Source: Synechococcus sp. A15-28
GTDB lineage: Bacteria > Cyanobacteriota > Cyanobacteriia > PCC-6307 > Cyanobiaceae
Length of the DNA: 32,000 nucleotides
NCBI RefSeq assembly: GCF_014280175.1
Contig: NZ_CP047931.1
Coordinates: 2,010,001-2,042,000 of the forward strand
Direction of reading: 5' to 3'
The translations under genes and the position numbers were made by a program. The notes beneath the pieces are model-generated. The model searched no databases, was not told the origin of the DNA, and worked only from the letters and a program-made list of their open reading frames with translations. This document shows positions 20,685 to 28,979 of the stretch, piece by piece. Within the stretch, counting starts at the first letter, position 1. Every line of letters starts with the position of its first letter.

Positions 20685-22328
20685 TCAGAACTTGAAGACG
20701 GTCTGAACTACACCGCCGAACACACCAACGGACTTGTCGTCGGGAGTCTCGAATCCGTAAGGACGAGAAAGCCAGTAAATCGCAGGGGTTACAGCAATTT
20801 TGTTGGTGACCTGGAACTTGTACCAGAGCTCCATGGCATAGTTGCCATCGGCAACAAAATCACTTTCGCCTTTGCGATCAACCTTAGTCACGAACCGTGG
20901 CTGACCAATAGCAGCTCCAAGGGCGTTCTTCTTCTGGAAAACATCATTCCAAGTAAGACCCACCATCCAAGAGGCCATCTCACGGATTTCGGTCGCATCC
21001 TCCCAGTCATCGTTGCCATTGCTGTAGGAAGCACCAACACCCGCACTAATGGAAGGAATCATGCCTGATTCCTCAGGGCGCCAGAAGGCATGGAGTGACC
21101 AGTTGTGGCTATCGGCATCAGAACGAACTTCTTTGCCGTCTTTATTTTCAACGGTGCAAGAAGTGTCGCCCTTACCAGCGAACTCTGTACCAGTACGGAA
21201 TTTAGCTCCGCACTGTCCGTAGCGATAACCAGCGGCAAGGCCCCATCTCTTGGTTCCGTAGGCAATCTGGCTGGTAATGTTCGCTTCGGAGTTATCGGTC
21301 ATGAAGCCACCCGAATTGGGGTTGCTATCTTCACCCTCTCCGGAGTCAGCAATGTAGTTAGCGGCAAGAGTCCAGTAAGGATTGCCCTTTCCTGCGCTCT
21401 TCTTGTTGGTGTAGATCAGACCGAAGCCGCTGCCAGTTTCCTTGTTCCAAACGCCGGGGGTTCCCAGAGAACCACCGAAGAAGTCGAGAACCTTCTGGCC
21501 ACCCTTAGCATAAGCACTGGCCTTGTAGCCCATCATTTCGGTGTTGCGGGTCAGAGCACCGATCTGAGCCTTAAATCCGCTGCCCAGGGGGAATCGATAG
21601 TACAAACGATCAATCTCAACAGCGTTGCCGCCAGGAGCACCAGTGTCAAGCTTGTTCAAGCCAACACCGTTGCCATCCCAAACCGAGGCATCGCCCTGGT
21701 TGCCGACACGTAGGCGAGTGAAGAGCAAATCCTTACCAGTGAAGGACGTCTTCAGACCCAGGCGCAGGTCATAACTGAAGGTGAAAGCGCCGTACTCAGC
21801 GTTGTAGTCATCCTTCATATTGCCAGGGTTATCACCAAGAGCTTTGGTGGCACCCATGACGAAATTCGCCTTGCCTTTCAGCTTGGTGGTGGTGGAGAAC
21901 TGAGTGGCTTCCAGTTCGCCAACGCGAGCTTCCAGACCGTCCACGCGGCCGCGGATCACAGCCAGCTCGGTTTCGAATTCTTTGATCAGACGACGCAGCT
22001 GATCGGTCACCTCGGTGATGCGGTCGAGGCAAGCGTTCAGCAGGGCAGCCGCTTCATAGCGGGTCATGGCCCGGTTGCCACTGAAGGTGCCGTTGGGGTA
22101 ACCGGCGACGCAGCCGTAACGCTCGATCAGGTTGGCGAGTGCCTGGTAGGCCCAGTCAGTCGGGTAGACATCGGAGAACTGGGTGATGCTGGTGACCTGC
22201 TCTTCGGATGCCGAGTAGTCGGACACACCGTTGATGTTCAGGTCTGCGGCGTTGGCGCCGGAGGCCAGGAGGCCTAGGGCGGCAGGCGCTACCAGCAGTT
22301 GCTGGAAGAGTTTCATGAGATTCCTCAC
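20685..22328 (-). CDS. Porin 3 of array: SLH + OprB-like porin
   Basis: N-terminal ~160 aa identical to porin 2, diverging after TKLKGKA; C-terminus GGVVQTVFKF*. Confidence 0.94.
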   Translation of the reverse strand: MRNLMKLFQQLLVAPAALGLLASGANAADLNINGVSDYSASEEQVTSITQFSDVYPTDWAYQALANLIERYGCVAGYPNGTFSGNRAMTRYEAAALLNACLDRITEVTDQLRRLIKEFETELAVIRGRVDGLEARVGELEATQFSTTTKLKGKANFVMGATKALGDNPGNMKDDYNAEYGAFTFSYDLRLGLKTSFTGKDLLFTRLRVGNQGDASVWDGNGVGLNKLDTGAPGGNAVEIDRLYYRFPLGSGFKAQIGALTRNTEMMGYKASAYAKGGQKVLDFFGGSLGTPGVWNKETGSGFGLIYTNKKSAGKGNPYWTLAANYIADSGEGEDSNPNSGGFMTDNSEANITSQIAYGTKRWGLAAGYRYGQCGAKFRTGTEFAGKGDTSCTVENKDGKEVRSDADSHNWSLHAFWRPEESGMIPSISAGVGASYSNGNDDWEDATEIREMASWMVGLTWNDVFQKKNALGAAIGQPRFVTKVDRKGESDFVADGNYAMELWYKFQVTNKIAVTPAIYWLSRPYGFETPDDKSVGVFGGVVQTVFKF

Positions 22329-22380
22329 ACCAAAATTGAGGGAAGTGGACAGAGAGTCCTACAGAAAAATACTGGTGAAG
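21879..22380. repeat. ~502 bp near-identical direct repeat, copy B (porin 3 N-terminal half and leader)
   Basis: Partner of 19711-20212. Confidence 0.93.
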
Positions 22381-22475
22381 CAAAAGCGATCACAAGGGTC
22401 CGCACAATTTTGTGTCTATTACTACACTTTAAACAATTTAAGGCAAGTTTAAAGGCCAAAGTGGCAGTTAAAGGC

Positions 22476-22504
22476 AAAAAAAACCCACCTCATAAGAGGT
22501 GGGT
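22476..22504 (-). terminator. Intrinsic terminator downstream of porin 4
   Basis: Minus strand ACCCACCTCTTATGAGGTGGGT followed by TTTTTT. Confidence 0.88.
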
Positions 22505-22542
22505 CGGAAAAGAAAGAACTAGTGGAGGTTCTTCGTTGGCGA

Positions 22543-23994
22543 TCAGAAGGTAAATGTGGTCTTCACGTAAGCACCTTGGACGTAATCACTTGAAAGATCG
22601 CCGGAATACTCATCAATGATGAAGTAAGTCGGCGTGACGGTGATGTTGTCGGTAACGGCAAACTTATAGAAGATTTCCCACATCATGTTGTAGTCGTCTT
22701 CGATTTTAGGAGCCTGACCGATGGCTGTGCCGAATGAGTTACCTTCAATGCCAACATCAGACCACTCAAAACCGGCGTACCAGCTGGTGATCTCTTCGTC
22801 TGAATCTTCAGGGTTAGACAATGAGTAACCACCACTCACAGAAGGAATGATACCTGAATCTGCAGGTGCCCATGCTGCAGCAATGCTGAAGCCATGACGG
22901 CTGTCACCAGCTTCAGCAGCTGCCTTGTTGGTGCCGATGGTCAGGCCAACATTTTGCGCGTAGGCATAACCAACTTGAGCCAAGAAGCTACCTTCAGCGA
23001 CTTCACCTTCATAGAAAAGCTGCCAAGAAGATGTCGAACCGGTTTCATCACGGCCAATGCCCGTACTGCTTCCATCCCATGCGACGTAGTTGCCGCTGAG
23101 TTTGAAACCAGAGTCTCCAAGCGTATAAATACCACCCAAGCCGGCGCCGGTGCTAGCCAGGTTGTTGGTTGCCCAGGCACCGCCATAGGTGAAGAAGTCC
23201 AGCAGCAGGTCGGAGGGGTAGAAGGTTGCATAGCCGGCGTACATACCAGGGTCATCCGTCCTCACCACAGGACCAGCTGTCACCGTCAGGTTCTCACCAA
23301 CAGGGAAGGTGTAGAACAAGCGACCGATTTTGACGGTGTTACCGGAGGACATGGCGGTCTCAACAAAGGTGAGACCTTCATCCCAGACGGAGGGACCGAA
23401 GTTACCGGAACGCAGAACGGTCGTCAGCATGTCCTTACCCGTGAAGGACGTCTTCAGAGCAAGACGAAGGTCGTAGTTGAAGGTGAGTGCCTCACCCTCA
23501 TCATCGTCGAAACCTTCAGCAGCACCAAAGACCCAAGCGGAGTAACCCTTCAGCTTGGTGGTGGTGGAGAACTTGGTCGCTTCAAGTTTGCCGACGCGAG
23601 CCTCGAGACCGTCGACTTTGCCGGCGATCATTGCGAGTTCTTTCTCGAACTCAGAAATAAGACTCTTGAGTTGATCGGTCACCTCGGTGACGCGATCGAG
23701 GCAGGCATTCAGCAGGGCAGCCGCTTCATAGCGGGTCATGGCCCGGCCACCACGGAAGGTGCCGGTGGGGTAGCCGGCCACACAGCCGTACTGCTCCACC
23801 AGGTTGCTCAGAGCCTGGTAAGCCCAGTCGGTGGGATAAACGTCAGAAAACTGGGTGACGCTGGTGACCTGATCCTTCTTGGAAGAAGAGGAGTACTCAG
23901 CAACACCATTGATGTTGAGCTCGGCGGCATTGGCACCGGAGGCCAGAAGGCCAAGGGCGGCTGGAGCCACCAGCAATTGCTGGAAAAGCTTCAT
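22543..23994 (-). CDS. Porin 4 of array: SLH + OprB-like porin
   Basis: [83 protein letters not shown]...; beta-barrel ending GAYVKTTFTF*. Confidence 0.94.
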   Translation of the reverse strand: MKLFQQLLVAPAALGLLASGANAAELNINGVAEYSSSSKKDQVTSVTQFSDVYPTDWAYQALSNLVEQYGCVAGYPTGTFRGGRAMTRYEAAALLNACLDRVTEVTDQLKSLISEFEKELAMIAGKVDGLEARVGKLEATKFSTTTKLKGYSAWVFGAAEGFDDDEGEALTFNYDLRLALKTSFTGKDMLTTVLRSGNFGPSVWDEGLTFVETAMSSGNTVKIGRLFYTFPVGENLTVTAGPVVRTDDPGMYAGYATFYPSDLLLDFFTYGGAWATNNLASTGAGLGGIYTLGDSGFKLSGNYVAWDGSSTGIGRDETGSTSSWQLFYEGEVAEGSFLAQVGYAYAQNVGLTIGTNKAAAEAGDSRHGFSIAAAWAPADSGIIPSVSGGYSLSNPEDSDEEITSWYAGFEWSDVGIEGNSFGTAIGQAPKIEDDYNMMWEIFYKFAVTDNITVTPTYFIIDEYSGDLSSDYVQGAYVKTTFTF

Positions 23995-24198
23995 GGGGGG
24001 TCCTCACACAGAAAATGGGCGCAACAACGCCACTTAGACCTCATAAGGCTTTACTAAGCTTTAACCAAGCAATCCTGTGCCAGCTCCCTTAATGACTGGT
24101 AACAGGTGTCACAGAACACGCCTGAAAGCGTTCACTACGGACATGAAATTGATTCGTGCGGGCCTCCACCCACAGTGGGGCAGCCCCTTGTGCGCTCC

Positions 24199-25803
24199 AT
24201 GTCCCCTCGGGTCCTGCGCGTCGCCGTTCTCTTCGCAGCCGTCCTGCTGACGCTGCAGGCCTGGCGGTCCTGGGTGCTCCTGGCCAGTTACGACCAGGGA
24301 ATCTTTCAGCAAGTGCTCTGGAACTCTCTCCAGGGTCATCCGTTTGAAAGCACCCTCTCCTCGCAGCTCTCCACCAATGTGATTCACGCCGGGGAGCTGC
24401 CCTCGGTCGACTACGAGCGGCTTGGTCAGCATTTCACCCCCACTCTCCTGCTCTGGACACCCCTTTTGGGGCTGATCGGAGGTGCCGCCCTGCCGCTGGT
24501 GCAGGTGGGACTGATCACGGCGGCTGGCCTCACATTGCATCGACTGGCATTGGGTCTGCTGCCGGAACGCACTGCCAACTGGCTCACCTACGGCTTCTTT
24601 GCAGGTAATGCCCTGATCGGCCCCACGCTCGGGAACTACACCGACCTCTGCCAGCTGCCCCTGGCCGTGTTTGTCCTGATGCTCGGCCTGGTGGAGCGTC
24701 GCCGCTGGTGGATCACTGGAGCAGCCCTCTGGATCCCTTTGATCCGCGAGGACACCGGTGTGCTGCTGGTGGCCATCGGTCTGTGGCTGCTGCTGCGGCA
24801 ACGACAGCTCTGGCCATTGGCCATGGCCTTGATCGCCTGGGGTGGTGGCTGGGTGCTGATCTGCACCAACCTGCTGATGCCGCTGTTCTCCGACGACAAC
24901 GCCAAGCGGTTCATGGTGGAGAACTTCGGCCAGTACCTGGGGGACGAGAACAGCAGCTCAAGCCTCGGAATGGTGGGACACGCCCTGCGTCAGCCTCTGC
25001 TGCTGCTTCAGCAGTTGGTGGATCCACCGGGTCAAACCCTGCTGTATCTGCTCGGCCATGGCCTGCCCTTTCTGTTCGTCCCTCTGATCAGCCTCGACAC
25101 CTGGCTGCTGGCGGGGCCCAGTCTGCTCGGGCTGTTTCTGGCCCAGGGGGCCAACGACCCCCTCTCGATCACTATCCGCTACACGCTGCTGGTGGTACCC
25201 GGATTCGCCCTTGGCGCTCTGTTCTGGTGGCAGCGTCGGCCAAAACCCAACCCTGGAGCGCGAACCCGCCTGGCCTGGGGCGCTGCCCTCAGCCTGTCTC
25301 TGCTGCTGACAGTCAGCAGCAACCCACACCGCAGCCTGTCCTTCCTGATCCCTGACAGCATTGATCCCTGGGTGAACAGCCCCCCGTGGCGTCAGTGGCA
25401 TCATGGCGCTGCCGCTCGCCAGGCCCTGGCCGTCATCCCGGCCGATGGCAGCGTGGCCGCCAACACACCCCTGGTGCCGCTGCTAGCCAGACGCGCCGTG
25501 CTCGTGCGCTTCCCATTCGCCACGGGCTTTCTGGATCGATCCGGATCACCGCAGCAGGTCGACTGGATCGCCGTGGATCTCGAGCAGCTCGAGCAATACG
25601 GGGTTGCTTTCAGAGGCGACTGGAAGCAGCTGCGCAACGCTCGCCGCTGGCTGGCTGCCCACCGCGACAGCCATCGGGTGCAGGCCATCAACAGTGGTGT
25701 GGTGGTGCTGCAGCGCAATGGCGTTCAGCATCCCGACCTTGAAGCCGCCCTCGATCGGCAGCTGGATCGACCACTCCCTGCCGACCCCCGCCGGCGCTCC
25801 TGA
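24199..25803 (+). CDS. DUF2079 family polytopic membrane protein
   Basis: ORF 24106-25803, but MSPRVLRVAVLFAAVLLTLQAW at 24199 is the likely start. Motif SYDQGIFQQVLWNSLQGHPFESTLSSQLSTNVIHAGE...LGQHFTP is typical of DUF2079. Confidence 0.87.
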   Translation: MSPRVLRVAVLFAAVLLTLQAWRSWVLLASYDQGIFQQVLWNSLQGHPFESTLSSQLSTNVIHAGELPSVDYERLGQHFTPTLLLWTPLLGLIGGAALPLVQVGLITAAGLTLHRLALGLLPERTANWLTYGFFAGNALIGPTLGNYTDLCQLPLAVFVLMLGLVERRRWWITGAALWIPLIREDTGVLLVAIGLWLLLRQRQLWPLAMALIAWGGGWVLICTNLLMPLFSDDNAKRFMVENFGQYLGDENSSSSLGMVGHALRQPLLLLQQLVDPPGQTLLYLLGHGLPFLFVPLISLDTWLLAGPSLLGLFLAQGANDPLSITIRYTLLVVPGFALGALFWWQRRPKPNPGARTRLAWGAALSLSLLLTVSSNPHRSLSFLIPDSIDPWVNSPPWRQWHHGAAARQALAVIPADGSVAANTPLVPLLARRAVLVRFPFATGFLDRSGSPQQVDWIAVDLEQLEQYGVAFRGDWKQLRNARRWLAAHRDSHRVQAINSGVVVLQRNGVQHPDLEAALDRQLDRPLPADPRRRS

Positions 25804-26079
25804 TCAGAACGATGCCCCCGATCGTAAGACCGACCGGGGGCTCTCGCCGAGTCCGTTTTTGCCGCGGAACCGGATGATCAGTTAGAGCGCGCCGTTCAGC
25901 CGGCGTTCTCCGCGATCAGCAGACCCTGCATGAAAGAACTGGATTGCATGGACACCTCCTCCTGAAAGGGTTAGTGAGCGCCGGTGATGCATTCGGTGGT
26001 GTCCAGGACCCGAAGGTCCGAAGATGCCACCACACCACTGCGGTCGGGACCCTTGAACCCTAACGGAGGTGTCAAAACT

Positions 26080-27576
26080 TTGGCGACATCGCTGGAACGG
26101 CAGCGCTGGCTGATGCCACTGCTGCTGTGGTTGCTCACGCTGGTGCTCTGGCTGCCGGGCCTGGGGAACCTGCCGCTGCGCGACTGGGACGAAGGTCGCG
26201 TGGCCACCGTGGCCCGCTCCAGCACCAGCCTGCTGCCAATGAAGTGGCAACAGCCATACCTCAACAAACCCCCGGGTCTTCACGCCCCGATGGGCCGGCT
26301 GATCCGTGCCCAGGGAGAGGATGAAACCCTGGTGCGCTTGCTGCCGGCGCTGCTCTCCACCCTGGCGGTCCCGCTGATTGTGCTGTTGCGGCGGGATCTG
26401 GGGGGCCCTGAACGGCAGCGGCGAGCCCTGCTGGCCGGCGTGGTGTTGATGACCCTTCTGCCCATGGCCCGTCACGGCCGGCTCGCGATGCTGGACGGCA
26501 CCCTCGTGAGTTGCAGCCTGCTGCTGTGGTGGGGCTGGCTTCGCGCCCGTCAGCACCCCCTCAGAGCACTGATCGCCGGGCTCGCTGGTAGTGGCGTGCT
26601 GCTGCTCAAACCACCGGCCCTGCTGGGATTGGCGCTCATCGCCCTCGTCGTTGGCGGCAGCAGCAGCTGGCCGCGCTGGCGCGGCTGGATCGCCCTCGGT
26701 CTGGGACTGCTGCCTGGGCTGAGCTGGCATCTCTGGCACTGGAGTGTGCGCGGCGACGCTGCGCTGCTGATGTGGGGCGGCCAGGGACTGGCGCGTCTCA
26801 CCAGCAGCGTCGGCGATGGCCATGGCTGGTGGACCCCATGGGTGGAGGTGCTGGAGGGAGGCTGGCCCTGGCTGCTGCTGCTACCCATCGGCCTTCACTG
26901 GGCCTGGCGGCACCGTCATCACACCGCAGGACGCTGGGAGCTGGGCCTGCTGATCGGCAGTGCCGCCCTAGTGCTGCCGCTCCGCACCCAGTTGCCCTGG
27001 TACAGCCACCTGCTCTGGCCGCCCCTGGCCCTGCTCTGCGCGGAAGGGCTGGATCAACTGCTGGCCGCCGGCACCCCCCGATGGGTGGGACGGTGCTGGC
27101 AGGGTCTTGGCCTGGCCTTGAGCTTGGCGGGACTAACCACGCTGATCATCCCGGCGCCACAACTGCCCGGCGTCAGCCTGCTACTGGCGGGGTTCGGGCT
27201 GCTGATGGGAGGCCAGGCCATCAGACATCCCCAACCCCGACGCCGCAGGCAGGGACTGGCGATCCTCGTGATCGGCTGGGGCCTGGCGCTGCTGGCCCTC
27301 TGGCACAGCCGCCTGTGGTTGTGGGAACTGAATGAAAGCTGGGATCCACGGCCTGTGGCCGCCCAGGTGCGGGCCCTGCCTGCCGATGCACCCGTCTGGC
27401 TGAAGGGGCCCACCCGGCCATCCCTCGGCTGGTATGCGGGTCGAAACCTGATGCAATACCGCAAGAGTGAACCCCCGCAGGGGCCCCACTGGTTGGTGAG
27501 CAACAAGCCGATGCCGGGCTGCCTGCCGAGCCAGGACCCGACCAGCGGTGCGTGGCAGCTCTGGCGATGCGAATGA
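26080..27576 (+). CDS. ArnT/PMT-like (GT39/GT83) glycosyltransferase, polytopic membrane protein
   Basis: WLPGLGNLPLRDWDEGRVATVARSSTSLLPMKWQQPYLNKPPGLHAPMGRL; DWDEGR and PxxxKPPG motifs of ArnT-like GT-C enzymes. TTG start at 26080 has GGAGG upstream; an ATG at 25984-25989 is an alternative. Confidence 0.83.
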   Translation: MATSLERQRWLMPLLLWLLTLVLWLPGLGNLPLRDWDEGRVATVARSSTSLLPMKWQQPYLNKPPGLHAPMGRLIRAQGEDETLVRLLPALLSTLAVPLIVLLRRDLGGPERQRRALLAGVVLMTLLPMARHGRLAMLDGTLVSCSLLLWWGWLRARQHPLRALIAGLAGSGVLLLKPPALLGLALIALVVGGSSSWPRWRGWIALGLGLLPGLSWHLWHWSVRGDAALLMWGGQGLARLTSSVGDGHGWWTPWVEVLEGGWPWLLLLPIGLHWAWRHRHHTAGRWELGLLIGSAALVLPLRTQLPWYSHLLWPPLALLCAEGLDQLLAAGTPRWVGRCWQGLGLALSLAGLTTLIIPAPQLPGVSLLLAGFGLLMGGQAIRHPQPRRRRQGLAILVIGWGLALLALWHSRLWLWELNESWDPRPVAAQVRALPADAPVWLKGPTRPSLGWYAGRNLMQYRKSEPPQGPHWLVSNKPMPGCLPSQDPTSGAWQLWRCE

Positions 27577-28979
27577 AACCACCCCGTCTGCTCTGGGGCC
27601 TGGCCATCGCCCTCGGGCTGCTCGGCTGGGGCTGCAGCGCCCTTCGCCATGGGCTGCTGCAAAGCAATGCCTATGACCTTGGATTGTTCGATCAGTGGGT
27701 CTGGCTGATCAGTCAGGGGCTGCCACCCATCTCCTCGATGGAGCACGTTCATGTGCTGGCGGATCACGGCGCCTGGCTGCTCTATGGCGCGGGTGCGCTC
27801 TACAAACTGCTGCCGTCGGTGCAGTGGCTGCTGGCGGGGCAGGCCCTGGCCCTGAGCCTCACCGCCATCCCGATCTGGTTGCTGGCCCAGCAGGCCGGGA
27901 TCTCCAGCAAAGGCCGATGGCTGGCCTGCGGGCTGTGGTGGCTGCAGCCCGTGGTCTTCAACGTTGTCCTGTTCGATGTCCACCCGGAGACCTGGGTGAT
28001 GCCAGCCCTCGCCCTGGCGTTCTGGGCCGAACGGGCGGACCGCCCTCGCCTCTGGTTGGTTCTGCTGCTGCTGCTGCTCGGAGCCCGGGATGGGCTGGTG
28101 CTGGTGATCGGGGGGATGGGGCTCGACCTGGCATGGCGCCGGCGCTGGCGCTGGAGTGCCGCTGCTGCCGGCCTGGCGACGGGCTGGTTGCTGCTGCTCA
28201 GCCGCTGGCTCTATCCCTGGCTGCGGGATGGCGAAGGGCCCAAGGCCGCTGCTCGCATGTTCAGTCACCTCAGTGGCGGGCCGATGCAGATCCTGCAGAA
28301 CCTCGACTGGAGCGGAGGTCTTCAGTACCTGCTGCTGCTCTGCCTGCCCTGCCTCTGGCTCTGGCGACGGCAATCGCTGCCGACGCTGCTGATCGGGCTG
28401 CCCCTGGTGCTGGTGAATCTGCTTTCAGCGTCTGCCAGCTACCGCACCCTGGTGCATCACTACAGCCTTCCTCTTGCGGTGGTGGCCGTCATCGCCGCCA
28501 TCGACGGTGGACTGGCGGCGGGCCGACTCCGCCGCGGACCAGCCCTGCCCCTGGTGTGGGCCACAGCCTGCTGGCTGGCCCTGGCCAAACCCTGGTTCTT
28601 CACAGGGCCCTACCTGCAACGTCTGCCCAGCCTCAAAACCACCCAGGCAGCGATCGCCATGGTGCAACCGGATGACGCGGTGCTCAGCACGAGCTATCTG
28701 GTGCCGCAGCTCAGCCAGCGTCAGCGGATCGCGTTTCCCAAAGCCTCGTTCAACCGTGCACTGAGCGAGCAAAGCTGGACGGTGCTGTTGCTCAACCCCA
28801 AGGATCCTGGCTGGGGCTCCAGCAGCAAGGTGCAGCGGCGGCTGATCGATCAGGCTGAAACGAATGGTTGGAGCTGCCGGGACTGGCCCTCGGGCCTGAC
28901 CCTCTGCAGGTCACCTGACCCTGAGCACACGGAACAATTCCATGGCCTCGCATCAGACCCCAGCCCCCCGTCCGGCTGA
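27573..28979 (+). CDS. DUF2079 family polytopic membrane protein (divergent member)
   Basis: NAYDLGLFDQWVWLISQGLPPISSMEHVHVLADHGAWLLYGAGALYKLLPSVQWLLAGQALALSL. ATG at 27573 overlaps the upstream TGA (ATGA). Confidence 0.83.
   Translation: MKPPRLLWGLAIALGLLGWGCSALRHGLLQSNAYDLGLFDQWVWLISQGLPPISSMEHVHVLADHGAWLLYGAGALYKLLPSVQWLLAGQALALSLTAIPIWLLAQQAGISSKGRWLACGLWWLQPVVFNVVLFDVHPETWVMPALALAFWAERADRPRLWLVLLLLLLGARDGLVLVIGGMGLDLAWRRRWRWSAAAAGLATGWLLLLSRWLYPWLRDGEGPKAAARMFSHLSGGPMQILQNLDWSGGLQYLLLLCLPCLWLWRRQSLPTLLIGLPLVLVNLLSASASYRTLVHHYSLPLAVVAVIAAIDGGLAAGRLRRGPALPLVWATACWLALAKPWFFTGPYLQRLPSLKTTQAAIAMVQPDDAVLSTSYLVPQLSQRQRIAFPKASFNRALSEQSWTVLLLNPKDPGWGSSSKVQRRLIDQAETNGWSCRDWPSGLTLCRSPDPEHTEQFHGLASDPSPPSG

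Noticed and set aside
20063-22452. Pair of similar plus-strand ORFs 20063-20284 and 22231-22452 (MMFRSAALAPEARRPRAAGATSSCWKSFMRFLTPKLREVD...)
   Set aside because: They look like a repeated small gene but are just the antisense of the duplicated porin 2/3 5' block.
16479-24000. Repeated segments considered as a CRISPR array or mobile-element repeats
   Set aside because: The repeats are long, coding, irregularly spaced, and explained by porin gene duplication. There are no short uniform repeats with unique spacers, and no transposase, inverted-repeat ends or att sites were found.
22894-24057. 387-aa plus-strand ORF opposite porin 4, and the similar 256-aa ORF 19339-20109 opposite porin 2
   Set aside because: Both are antisense to porins. 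Their mutual resemblance is explained by the sense-strand paralogy and gives no evidence of coding.
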